This document shows, piece after piece, positions 43,099 to 52,500 of a DNA stretch of 64,000 nt. The number at the start of each line of letters is the position of its first letter. Within the stretch, counting starts at the first letter, position 1. The notes below the pieces were generated by a model. The model was not told the origin of the DNA and did not search any database. It worked only from the letters and a program-made list of their open reading frames with translations. Made by a program: the position numbers and the translations under genes. Location of the stretch: the NCBI GenBank assembly GCA_018239675.1, contig JAFEGX010000069.1:1786-65785 (forward strand), in the 5' to 3' direction. The DNA comes from Verrucomicrobiota bacterium (GTDB taxonomy: Bacteria; Verrucomicrobiota; Verrucomicrobiia; Opitutales; Opitutaceae).

Positions 43099-43232
43099 GG
43101 TCAACAGGAGGTGGATATGAGCCGGTTGACGCGGCCCAGCGGGAAGGGGTTTCATGCGTCCCCTCTAAAAAACCTCCGTAAAACGGGCAAGACCCTGTAA
43201 CCGGGAGACGCCCGGCGGCGTAGCCCCCGCAG

Positions 43233-43772
43233 CTACCTGACCCGGGCGCAGACAATGCAGTCGCGCGGCTCGGGCCCGATCGAGGGGCAGACATGCCAAC
43301 GCCGCAGGATGCCCTCGCGCTGCATGCCGGCCTTCTCCATCACGCGGGCGGAGGAAGGATTCTCGACGTCGCAAAAAGCCCAGGCCCGGACGATGCCGGG
43401 CTGGGCCAGCGACCAGTCCACCAGCCAGCGCAACGGCTCCGCCATCAAGCCCCGGCCCCAGTGCTTCCGGCCAAGGACGTAACCGAAGACCACGTGGTGC
43501 CTTTCAATCGAAAGGCCGATCGAGCCGACCACCTCCTGGTTGTCGCGGAGCCGCAGCAGCCACGCGAAGTGACCCGCGCCGGTGCGCCAGGTCTCCTCGC
43601 GGCCCTTGAGGAATTCCTCGAGCGGTGGCAGCTTCACATATGCCTTCCACGTGAGGTAACGCGTCACCTCGGGGTCGCTGGCGTAGGCGCGGAAAACTTC
43701 CGGGGCGTCCGCCACGGTCGGCGGCCTGGCGGTCAGGCGCGCGGTTGCAAAGGTCTCGGGCGGACGGAGCAT
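43233..43772 (-). CDS. GNAT family N-acetyltransferase (RimJ/RimL-like)
   Basis: 'VGSIGLSIERHHVVFGYVLGRKHWGRGLMAE', '..AFCDVENPSSARVMEKAGMQREG'. Start at the ATG at 43772. Confidence 0.8.
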   Translation of the reverse strand: MLRPPETFATARLTARPPTVADAPEVFRAYASDPEVTRYLTWKAYVKLPPLEEFLKGREETWRTGAGHFAWLLRLRDNQEVVGSIGLSIERHHVVFGYVLGRKHWGRGLMAEPLRWLVDWSLAQPGIVRAWAFCDVENPSSARVMEKAGMQREGILRRWHVCPSIGPEPRDCIVCARVR

Positions 43773-43779
43773 GGCGAAC

Positions 43780-44853
43780 TCAGGTGGTTTTCTGCCACGA
43801 ACCTGACTGCATCGAATCGAGCAGCGCGCCGAGCACGCGTTGCGCCGCCAGGCCGTCGGCGAAGGTCGGATATTCGACCTTCTCGCCACGGATCGCTGGC
43901 ACGATGGCGGCGGGCGTCCCCGGACCCTGGCGGCCCGCAAAGTCCGTGGGCAGCCGCTGCAGCGGCAGGTCGGTGCGCCAGGTCGCGTAGCGGGTGAGCG
44001 TCGCGCCGGCCCGCAGCCAGATCTCGTCGGGATGGTCGGAGTGGACCGCCAGTGTCCCGCGCTCGCCGGAGACCTCGAGACGGAAGTAGTTCCCGTAGCC
44101 CGGCGCCACCTGCGTCGTCTCAAACGTCGCGACCACCCCGCCGGTGAGCTCCGCGAGAAACGCCGCGTTCGTGTCGGTCGTCACCGCCTGCCGGCGGCCC
44201 GCCGCATCGGGCTTCTCGGCGATCAGGCGCTGGGCGAGGCCCACGACCCGCTGGAAGCCGAGCCCGGTCACAAACCGCACGCCGTCGATCATGTGCACCC
44301 CGAGATCGCCGAGCGCACCGAAGCCGGCGAGCGTGACGTCGTTCCGCCACGAGTACGGCGTGGCCGGGGCGCCAAGGAAGCTCTGGAGGTAGACCGTGTT
44401 CACGCGGGTGAGACGGCCGAGTTCGCCGCCGGCGATCAGCTCGCGGGCAAAACGGAACGCCGCGACATTCCGGTAGGAGAAATTGATGCCGCCCAGCCGG
44501 CCGGCGGTGGCGCGCGCCGCCTCCATCTCCTCGGCCTCGGCCACGGTCATGGCGAGGGGCTTCTCGCAGGCGACGTGGGCGCCGTGCCGCAGGGCCAGGA
44601 GCGTGAAGGGATGATGGTGCTTGTTGGGCGTGCAGACCGAGACGAGGTCCGGCCTGGTCTCGCGCATCATCTTCTCGGCATCCTGGAACCGCGCCGCCGC
44701 CGCGTGCGCCTCGGGCACGCGCCACGTCTTCGGGTCGGTGATGTCGGCCAGGCCGACGACCTTTACGCCTGGCTGGGAGGCGATGTGGGTCAGGTGAAGC
44801 TGGGCGATGCCGCCCATGCCGATGACCGCATAGCGAATTTCCGAGGCGCTCAT
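43780..44853 (-). CDS. Gfo/Idh/MocA family oxidoreductase
   Basis: 'IRYAVIGMGGIAQLH..', 'VCTPNKHHHP..' and 'HVACEKPLAMT'. Start at the ATG at 44853. The track N-terminus runs into repeat DNA. Confidence 0.85.
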   Translation of the reverse strand: MSASEIRYAVIGMGGIAQLHLTHIASQPGVKVVGLADITDPKTWRVPEAHAAAARFQDAEKMMRETRPDLVSVCTPNKHHHPFTLLALRHGAHVACEKPLAMTVAEAEEMEAARATAGRLGGINFSYRNVAAFRFARELIAGGELGRLTRVNTVYLQSFLGAPATPYSWRNDVTLAGFGALGDLGVHMIDGVRFVTGLGFQRVVGLAQRLIAEKPDAAGRRQAVTTDTNAAFLAELTGGVVATFETTQVAPGYGNYFRLEVSGERGTLAVHSDHPDEIWLRAGATLTRYATWRTDLPLQRLPTDFAGRQGPGTPAAIVPAIRGEKVEYPTFADGLAAQRVLGALLDSMQSGSWQKTT

Positions 44854-44922
44854 GACCCGCCACCCTGCCGCATCACGCTCGGCGTGTAACGCGAAAACGT
44901 GCCGGACGGGCAGCGGAGAGAG

Positions 44923-45162
44923 TTTCACCACCAAGCGCACCAAGGGCACGAAGCCCGGATAATGGCTTTGGGTGACACCGAGAACACGGAGGATACACCG
45001 AGGTCACGGAGCATCGAGCGTCCGGCTTGGCTGGAGCACAACCTCATCTGGATGGCTCCGTGCCCTCCGTGACGCCTCTGTGGTCTCCGTGGCGTCAACC
45101 CGCGCCAAGATTCCGATAGAAGCCCGACCTTGGTGAGCTTCGTGCCATTCGTGGCTGAAAGG
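44923..45162. repeat. Composite repeat: family-B-like arms (44923-44958, 45128-45162) flanking a family-A long element (44971-45096)
   Basis: Left arm TTTCACCACCAAGCGCACCAAGGGCACGAAGCCCGG. Core GGTGACACCGAGAACACGGAG..AGGTCACGGAGCATCGAGCGTCC..GGAGCACAA..CTCCGTGGCGTC. Right arm CCTTGGTGAGCTTCGTGCCATTCGTGGCTGAAAGG, which is inverted relative to the left arm words. Confidence 0.65.
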
Positions 45163-45172
45163 AGCCGCGAGC

Positions 45173-45634
45173 TTATTTGGTCGTCGCCTGCTGCGCCGAC
45201 TCCACCCAGCGGCACAGCGCGGCGATCTGCGCGTCGGTCAGCCGGGCGTCGGTGTGCACCAGGGTGTACGACCGCAGGGGCATGCCGTGGTCCTTCACCT
45301 CGTCGAGGATCCCGTCGAGCTTCTTGCCCTGGCGCTTCGCATCGTAGGCGCCGAAGTCCGAGAAGTTCAGGTGCCGCTTGCCGTCCTTGACATGCTTCGC
45401 CAGCCACCAGCCGACCGGCTGGATCTCGGCGTACCAGGGATAGCGCGTGTTGTTCGAGTGGCAGTCGTAGCAGGCGGCGGCCAGGATCTGCTTCACCTCC
45501 GGCGGGGCCGGATGCATCACGGTAAGGTCGTTGGGCCCGGTGAAGGGCTCGGCGGCGGAGAGGTTCCTCGCGGGCCGGATGAACTGGATGACCGCGAGGA
45601 GAATGACGACCACGACGAGGATCTTGGATTTCAT
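45173..45634 (-). CDS. Haem-binding-domain protein (CxxCH), membrane-anchored/secreted
   Basis: Signal/anchor MKSKILVVVVILLAVIQF. 'AACYDCHSNNTRYPWYAEIQPVGWW' resembles the bacterial Haem_bd domain with a c-type CxxCH motif. Confidence 0.7.
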   Translation of the reverse strand: MKSKILVVVVILLAVIQFIRPARNLSAAEPFTGPNDLTVMHPAPPEVKQILAAACYDCHSNNTRYPWYAEIQPVGWWLAKHVKDGKRHLNFSDFGAYDAKRQGKKLDGILDEVKDHGMPLRSYTLVHTDARLTDAQIAALCRWVESAQQATTK

Positions 45635-45722
45635 AGGGAAGGGAAAAAACCGCAGGGTCCGTTGAGACCCGAAGCCACCTTGACCGCCGGTCCCGCTGCC
45701 GGGTTCCGGCGCCCGAGGCCGG

Positions 45723-46499
45723 TCACTCGGGAAGGCGCCTGATGCGTTCCTTAAGCGGGGGATGGGTCGAGAAGATCACGTGGGGATCGCCGCCGGCCTG
45801 GTCCAGCTTGACCAGCACGCCGCGCAGTCCGCCGGACGCGTAACCGGTGGTGACCGCGAGGCTGCGGCCTTCCTGGTCAGCGTCGTATTCCGTGAGCGGA
45901 TCAAAGCCCTTCTCGCACAGGGTCGAGATGATCTTCTCCACCCCGAGATCGAACTGCTTGAGCTGGGCCTCCAGCTGGCGCGCGTCGCCGCTGCGTTCCG
46001 CCACGAGGCTGGTCGCGCCCGAGATGAACTCCCCGCGCTCGACGATGGTGAGCGCGTGGCGCCGAGTGATGTGGGCGATCTCGTGCCCGAGGATTCCCGC
46101 CAGCGCGTCGTCGCTGTCCGCCAAATTATAGAGGCCGCGGGTGATGAACACGTAGCCGTCGGGGGCCGAGAAAGCGTTGACCGCGTCGGAATTCAGGACC
46201 CCGAAGCGCCAGTCGAGCTCCGGCCGGCTCGAGTAGCGGCCGAGGGCCCGGCCGACGAGATTGACGCGGCGCATGATCGCCTCGTCGCGGACCAGGCCGC
46301 CGTACCGGCCGACGATCTCGAGGGCCACGGAGTCGCCGATGACCCGCTCCTCGGCCGGGCCGATCTTGGTGGCGGCCTTGGCGACCTTGCCGACGCTCTT
46401 GAGGGTGTCCAGGCCCTTGGAGAGCTTGCCGAAATCAAACTGGCCATGGGCACCCGCGGCGAGGGCGAGGGCGAACAGGAAGATGGCGAGGTTTTTCAT
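45723..46499 (-). CDS. M48 family zinc metalloprotease, secreted
   Basis: Signal peptide MKNLAIFLFALALAAGAHG. 'GILGHEIAHITRRH' (HExxH) and '..STHPPLKERI'. Start at the ATG at 46499, overlapping the upstream stop by 4 nt. Confidence 0.85.
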   Translation of the reverse strand: MKNLAIFLFALALAAGAHGQFDFGKLSKGLDTLKSVGKVAKAATKIGPAEERVIGDSVALEIVGRYGGLVRDEAIMRRVNLVGRALGRYSSRPELDWRFGVLNSDAVNAFSAPDGYVFITRGLYNLADSDDALAGILGHEIAHITRRHALTIVERGEFISGATSLVAERSGDARQLEAQLKQFDLGVEKIISTLCEKGFDPLTEYDADQEGRSLAVTTGYASGGLRGVLVKLDQAGGDPHVIFSTHPPLKERIRRLPE

Positions 46500-46993
46500 T
46501 GGAACTCTCCCTTCTTCTGTTCCTGCAGGAACTTTTCCACCTCCGCGGCGGTGATCGCGTGGCACTCCGAGAGGAGCCAATTCAGGTCGCCGCTCGCGTT
46601 GGCGAGGTGGCGGCGGTTGGCGTAGTCCGACGCGGCTGGCGTGAGCGGGCGGGCGGCGGCGGTGGCGGTGGTCGAGCTGGCCGCGAGCGGCACCCCCTCG
46701 AGCCCCTTGATGTCCGCCGGTTTTGTTTCGGAGACGTTGCCGTTGAAGACCCAGCCGGCGGCGGAACCGTCGCTGACCCGCAGCCAGGCTCCGCGGACCT
46801 CGTCGACCTTCAGCTTGCGCCCGAACTCGACCTTGGCCGCCGGCGTCGCCATGGGCTGGGGCTCGGCCAGCAGCCGGGTTTCGTAACGCTTGGAGTAGAC
46901 CACTCCACCCGCGGCAATCGCGGCGTGGAGCGCCGCGGCGGAGACCAGCAGCCCGGCGGACGCGGCCAGCCAGGCGGGGATCGGGGTTTTCAT
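46496..46993 (-). CDS. Secreted hypothetical protein with an SH3b-like segment
   Basis: Signal peptide MKTPIPAWLAASAGLLVSAAALHA. 'LKVDEVRGAWLRVSDGSAAGWVF' resembles bacterial SH3. Overlaps both neighbours by 4 nt. Confidence 0.55.
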   Translation of the reverse strand: MKTPIPAWLAASAGLLVSAAALHAAIAAGGVVYSKRYETRLLAEPQPMATPAAKVEFGRKLKVDEVRGAWLRVSDGSAAGWVFNGNVSETKPADIKGLEGVPLAASSTTATAAARPLTPAASDYANRRHLANASGDLNWLLSECHAITAAEVEKFLQEQKKGEFQ

Positions 46994-49083
46994 TTGGATT
47001 TCAGGGTTACAATCGGTTCCCAGTCCGCCGGGGGCGGCTCGGAGGCCAGCTGGCGGGACTGGTCCCGCAGCTCGCGGGCCAGATCATCATCGGGCATGAC
47101 CGCGAGCGCACGGTCAAAATCCGCCGCCGCCTCGGCAAACCGGCGCGCCACAAAGTAAGCGTAACCCTGGCCGTAGGCGGCCAGGAAGCTCTGCTGGTCC
47201 GGGGTCAGCTGCTCTGGCCGGCCCACGAGCTCGAACACCTCGACGGCGGTCAGCTTGCCCTTCACCCTCAGCCTTGTGAGGGGTCGCAGCGCGAACTTCC
47301 CGGCCACGGCGCGGGCGGTGTTCTCCCCGAGCATGATCTCGGTGCCGAACTCCTTGTTCGCCCCCTCGAGGCGCGAGGCAAGGTTCACGGCGTCGCCGAG
47401 CACGGTGTAGTTCTTCTTCCGGTCGGAACCGAGATTGCCCACCAGCATCTCGCCGGTGTTGATGCCGATCCGCATGGCGAGGGTGTAGCCGTGGGTGCGC
47501 CGGAGGTCGGCATTGATGCGCGCCAGGACGTCCCGGGCCGCCAGCGCACCCGTGCAGGCAGCCTCGGCATGGTGGGGATTGGTTGCCGGCGCGCCAAACA
47601 CCGCCATCACGGCATCCCCAATGTACTTGTCGATGTAGGCGCCGTGGTCGATCAGGCACTCGCTCATCTCCTGGAGGTAGCGGTTGACCACCTGCATCAG
47701 CTCCTCCGGCGGAAGTTTTTCCGAGAGGTCGGTGAAGCCGGCCAGGTCGGAGAAATAGACCGTGGCGGAGCGCTTTTCCCCGCCCAGGCGGATCGCCGCC
47801 GGGTCCTTCATCAGGAGCTCCACGACCCCGGGGTCCACATAGGAGCCGAACATTGCCTGGATCTCGCGCTTGCGCTGCTGCTCGCGCCAGAAGTTCTCCG
47901 CCACCACGCCGAGCAGCGCCAGCATCACGGCGATGAACGGGGTTGCGGGCGGAAAGAACCAGCCGCCGGACAGTGCCGCATAGGATCCGCCGAGCAGCAG
48001 GACCGCGAAACCCACGGCAGCGGCCGTCGGAAAAACGAGGCCCGTTCGCCGCGCCGCCGTCAGCACCAGAACCGCCGCCGCGAGGATGGCCACCAGCCAT
48101 CCGCTCCAGCCGGGGAGCTGGGTGATGAAGCCGCCGCTGACAAGATTGGTCCACGCGGTCCAGTGCAGGAGCACGCCCGGCTCGAGCTTGCCGACCGGCA
48201 GAGCCTTGAGGTCGAAGGTGCCGCTGGCGTTGGCACCCACGAACACCGTGCGGCCGCGAACCGCGGCAAACGCGGGACCAGTCAGGGGATCCTCGACCGC
48301 CAGCGCCGCCGCCACCGCCTCCGGCTCGGGGTCCGCCGCCGCCGCGGCGACCCGCCGGATGATGGGGGCGCCGGCCGCGATGAATGTCTGGGCGGAGAGC
48401 ACCGGCACGCCCCGGGCGGCAATTTGGGCCTGTCCGCCGTGCCACCGCAACAGGCCGCCGGCGACCGTCGGTGCTGGTTCCAGCGCCACCGCGGCCAGCG
48501 AGTCCGGCACGCGATACCGCCGGGCGATGCCGTCGGAGTCGGCGAGAAAATCGGTCAGGCCGGTCCGCGGGACCCGGAAATAGACGGCATGAGCCGCGGT
48601 GAATGAATCCGGCCAAAAGACCGGCCCGCGCTCCGACGTCCGTGCCAGCACAACCCCCGGAGTGGCGGCGGCCACGCTGGCCAGCAGCAGGTCCTGCTCG
48701 GCCGCATCAGACTCCTCGAGAAAAGTGAAATCCATCACGATGCGCCCGGCTCCCGCCTGCCGCAGACCCGCGATGAGCTGCGCGAACACCCCGCGGGGAA
48801 AAGGCCACCGGAGGCCCTGCGCGCTGAGGGCGCTGAGGGTGTTTTCGTCGATCAGGACCAGGGCGGAATTCGCCGGCAGGGGCGGGGGCCGCAGCGGATG
48901 CCGGCTTGCCAGGTCGAAGAACGCCCGGTCCAGCGCGGGGCGAAACGGGGACCCGTGGAATGCCAGCACCAGCAGGGCTGCCGGCAGGAGCCAGAACCAG
49001 CGCAGCGCCCGGGCACTCGGACGGAAATCGGCCACGTGCCAATTAGGAGCATCCAGACCGTCCTCGGCAAGCGCGCGGGCCAC
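46990..49083 (-). CDS. CHASE2 sensor - class III adenylate/guanylate cyclase
   Basis: CHASE2-like 'ALVLIDENTLSAL..LRWPFPRGVFAQLIAGLRQAGAGRIVMDFTFLE', then three TM helices. Cyclase core 'VYFSDLAGFTDLSE..', 'DKYIGDAVMAVFGAP' and 'RIGINTGEMLVGNLGS'. TPR-like tail. The start is uncertain (GTG 49083 or 49035). The track N-terminus overlaps the divergent gene. Confidence 0.85.
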   Translation of the reverse strand: MARALAEDGLDAPNWHVADFRPSARALRWFWLLPAALLVLAFHGSPFRPALDRAFFDLASRHPLRPPPLPANSALVLIDENTLSALSAQGLRWPFPRGVFAQLIAGLRQAGAGRIVMDFTFLEESDAAEQDLLLASVAAATPGVVLARTSERGPVFWPDSFTAAHAVYFRVPRTGLTDFLADSDGIARRYRVPDSLAAVALEPAPTVAGGLLRWHGGQAQIAARGVPVLSAQTFIAAGAPIIRRVAAAAADPEPEAVAAALAVEDPLTGPAFAAVRGRTVFVGANASGTFDLKALPVGKLEPGVLLHWTAWTNLVSGGFITQLPGWSGWLVAILAAAVLVLTAARRTGLVFPTAAAVGFAVLLLGGSYAALSGGWFFPPATPFIAVMLALLGVVAENFWREQQRKREIQAMFGSYVDPGVVELLMKDPAAIRLGGEKRSATVYFSDLAGFTDLSEKLPPEELMQVVNRYLQEMSECLIDHGAYIDKYIGDAVMAVFGAPATNPHHAEAACTGALAARDVLARINADLRRTHGYTLAMRIGINTGEMLVGNLGSDRKKNYTVLGDAVNLASRLEGANKEFGTEIMLGENTARAVAGKFALRPLTRLRVKGKLTAVEVFELVGRPEQLTPDQQSFLAAYGQGYAYFVARRFAEAAADFDRALAVMPDDDLARELRDQSRQLASEPPPADWEPIVTLKSK

Positions 49084-49164
49084 CGGCGAAACGATTGCCT
49101 GTCGGCGGGCGCCGCCGCAGGCTGGCCAGGTTGCCCGCGGTGCCGCACCCGGGACCCTGCGCCC

Positions 49165-49509
49165 GTGGAACCCGCCAACCACCCCACCGACTGCCTGCGC
49201 TGCGGCGTCTGCTGCTTCGGTGCGACCCCCGCCTTTGTCCGGGTCACCGGTGACGACTGGGCCCGGCTGGGGGAGGAAGCCGACCGGCTGGCGCACTTTG
49301 TCGGAAACCGGGCGTTCATACGGATGAAGGCCGGACATTGCGCCGCTTTGGAGGTCCGCCGAAACGGGGCGGAAGGCCCGGTCTTCTTCTGCACGGTCTA
49401 CGCCCTGCGGCCGCAGGCCTGCCGGGACCTGGGACGGGGCTCGCCGGAGTGCCTGGCTGAACGGGAGCGAAAAGCGGACTCCGTGCACGGTCCCGGTGGA
49501 CTTCGGTGA
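49165..49509 (+). CDS. YkgJ-family cysteine-cluster (CxxCxxCC) protein
   Basis: 'DCLRCGVCCF' near the N-terminus and a second Cys group 'HCAAL..FCTVYALRPQACRD'. The start (GTG 49165) is uncertain. Confidence 0.6.
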   Translation: MEPANHPTDCLRCGVCCFGATPAFVRVTGDDWARLGEEADRLAHFVGNRAFIRMKAGHCAALEVRRNGAEGPVFFCTVYALRPQACRDLGRGSPECLAERERKADSVHGPGGLR

Positions 49510-49579
49510 CATAACTGCACGGTTATCCTTGGCGCCCACCGTGTCGGTCCCCTACAAGCGGGGCTGGATTTCCCTCATC

Positions 49580-52500
49580 GTGACCCCTTCGTCCCGTCCC
49601 ACCGCCCCAGTCGAAATTCGCCCCCTGCAGAAGCTGATGGCGGCCAACCGCGGCGAGATCGCGGTCCGCATCTTCCGCGCCGGCACCGAGCTCGGCCTCC
49701 GCACCGTGGCAGTGTACGCGGAGGAGGACCGGTTCTGCATCCACCGCTACAAGGCGGACGAGGCCTACCAGGTCGGCCACGGCAAGGGGCCGGTCGCGGC
49801 GTACCTCGACATCGAGAGCATCGTCGGCGTGGCGAAGGAGAAGGGCGTGCAGGCCATCCACCCTGGCTACGGCTTCCTCTCCGAGAACGCCGCGTTCGCC
49901 CGCGCGGTCGAGGCGGCCGGCATCATCTGGGTCGGCCCGCGACCGGAGCTGCTCGAGATGATGGGCGACAAGACCGCGGCCCGGGCGCTGGCCAAGCGCA
50001 TCAATGTCCCCACGCTGCCCGGCACCGAGGAGCCCGTGACCGACCGCGCGGCGGCGCTGAGGATCGCGAAGGAGATCGGCTTCCCGCTCATCATCAAGGC
50101 CGCCTTCGGCGGCGGCGGCCGCGGCATGCGCGTGGTGCAGAAGGCGGCGGACCTCGCCGCGCTCCTTGACGAGGCCCAGGCCGAGGCGGAGCGCGCCTTC
50201 GGCAATCCCGCCGTCTTCCTCGAGAAATACATCGCGAACGCCAAGCACATCGAGGTTCAGGTCCTCGGCGACAAGCACGGCAACGTCATTCACCTCCACG
50301 AGCGCGACTGCTCCGTCCAGCGTCGCCACCAGAAGGTCGTCGAGGTCGCCCCGAGCTTCGGCCTTCCGCGCGGCGTGATCACCGAGCTCTGCGACGCCGC
50401 GGCGCGCATGGCCCGCGAGGTGCGCTACGACAATGCCGGCACGATCGAGTTTCTCTACGACCTCGACCGCCATGAGTGGTTCTTCATCGAGATGAACCCG
50501 CGCATCCAGGTCGAGCACACCGTCACCGAGGTGGTGACGGGCCTCGACCTCGTGCGGGCGCAGCTGCTCATCGCGCAGGGCCACGCCCTGCACTCGGCCG
50601 AGGTCGGCATGCCGGCGCAGGCCGACGTGCCGTGCCACGGATACGCCATCCAGTGCCGCATCACGACGGAGGATCCCGAGAACAAGTTCGTGCCCGACTA
50701 CGGCCGCATCCTTGCCTACCGCTCCCCGGGCGGCTTCGGCGTCCGCCTCGACGGCGGCATGGGCTACGCCGGCGCGGTGATCACCCCGTTCTACGACTCG
50801 ATGCTCGTGAAGGTCATCACCAGCGGCCAGAGCTACGAGATCGCGATGAACCGCGCGCGGCGCGTGCTCAGCGAATTCCGCATCCGCGGGGTGAAGACCA
50901 ACATCCCGTTCCTCGAGAATGTCATCAGCCATCCGCTGTTCCGCTCCGGCCAGGCCACGACCACGCTGATCGACACGTCGCCGGAGCTCTTCGCCTTCAA
51001 GCCGCGCCGCGACCGCGCCACCAAGCTCCTCAGTTTTCTCGGCAACGTCGTGGTCAACGGCAACCCGCACGCCAAGGGCTACCGTCCCGCCAAGCCGCTC
51101 CCGGCCGTCGCCGTCCCGGGCCAGGACGACCGCAGCGCGCCGCCCCCGGGCACGCGCGACCTGCTGCTCCGGCTCGGCGCGCGGAAGTTTGCCGAGTGGA
51201 CCCGCGAGCAGAAGCGCCTGCTGGTGACCGACACCACCTTCCGCGATGCGCACCAGTCGTTGATGGCGACCCGCGTCCGCACCTACGACATGCTGGCCTG
51301 CGCGGGCTTCCTCGCCCGCCGCGCGCCGGAGCTCTACTCGCTCGAGATGTGGGGCGGCGCGACGTTCGACACCGCGATGCGGTTCCTCAGCGAGGACCCG
51401 TGGGAGCGGCTGCGCCACCTGCGCGCGCGGGTGCCGAACATCTGCTTCCAGATGCTGTTCCGCGGGGCGAATGCGGTCGGCTACACGAACTATCCCGATT
51501 CCGTCGTCGCCGGCTTCGTGCGCCACGCCGCCGCCAACGGCATGGACATCTTCCGGATCTTTGACTCGCTGAACTACCTCCCAAACCTCCGCGTGGCGAT
51601 GGACGCGGTGCAGGACACCCACGCGGTGTGCGAGGCGGCGCTGTGCTACTCGGGCGACATCCTCGACGACCGCCGCGACAAGTTCACGCTGAAGTACTAC
51701 GTGAAGCTGGCGCGGGAACTGGAGCGCATGGGCGCCCATGTCCTCGCGATCAAGGACATGGCCGGTCTCTGCCGGCCCTACGCCGCGCACCGGCTGGTCA
51801 AGGCGCTGAAGGACGAGATCGGCCTCCCGATCCATTTCCACACCCACGACACGAGCGGCATCAACGCGGCGTCGGTCCTGCGCGCCGCGGACGCCGGCGT
51901 CGACATCGTCGACCTTGCCACCGCGGCGATGTCGGGCAGCACCGCCCAGCCCAACCTCAACGCCGTGGTCGCCGCGCTGCAGCACACGCCCCGCGACACC
52001 GGCCTCGACCTTGAGGCGCTGAACCGGTTCTCCGACTACTGGGAAGCGGTCCGTGAATACTACCGGCCCTTCGACACCGCGCCGAAGACGGGCAGCGCCG
52101 AGGTCTACCTCCACGAGATGCCCGGCGGCCAGTACACCAACCTCAAGGAGCAGGCCGCCTCGATGGGCGTGGCGCACCGCTGGCCCGAGATCGCCCGCAC
52201 CTACGCCGAGGTCAACCAGCTGTTCGGCGACATCGTGAAGGTCACCCCGTCCTCGAAGGTCGTCGGCGACATGGCGCTGTTCCTGTTCTCCCGCGGCATC
52301 CGTCCCGCTGACGTGGTGAACCTCGAGCCCGGCGCGACGCCGTTCCCGGAGAGCGTGATCGACATGCTGACCGGCGGCCTGGGCTGGCCGGAGGGCGGCT
52401 GGCCGGTCGCGGTCTGGCGCGCCGTGCTCGGCGAGAAGAAGTTCAAGGAGGCGCACGCCCGCTACCTCGCCGCCGTGGCGGCCGAGAGGAAGCGCGCCCG

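Noticed and set aside
42529-43200. 223-aa plus-strand ORF antisense to the Thr/Gly-rich gene.
   Set aside because: The translation is Gly/Ala/Arg/Val low complexity without a signal or domain. The minus-strand frame has a proper signal peptide and start context, so that frame is preferred. Coding of either frame still needs expression evidence.
44854-45172. Possible insertion sequence or transposon in the 319-nt repeat-rich gap.
   Set aside because: There is no ORF with transposase features. The region is fully explained by non-coding hairpin repeats. I treat it as a MITE/REP-like composite, not an autonomous mobile element.
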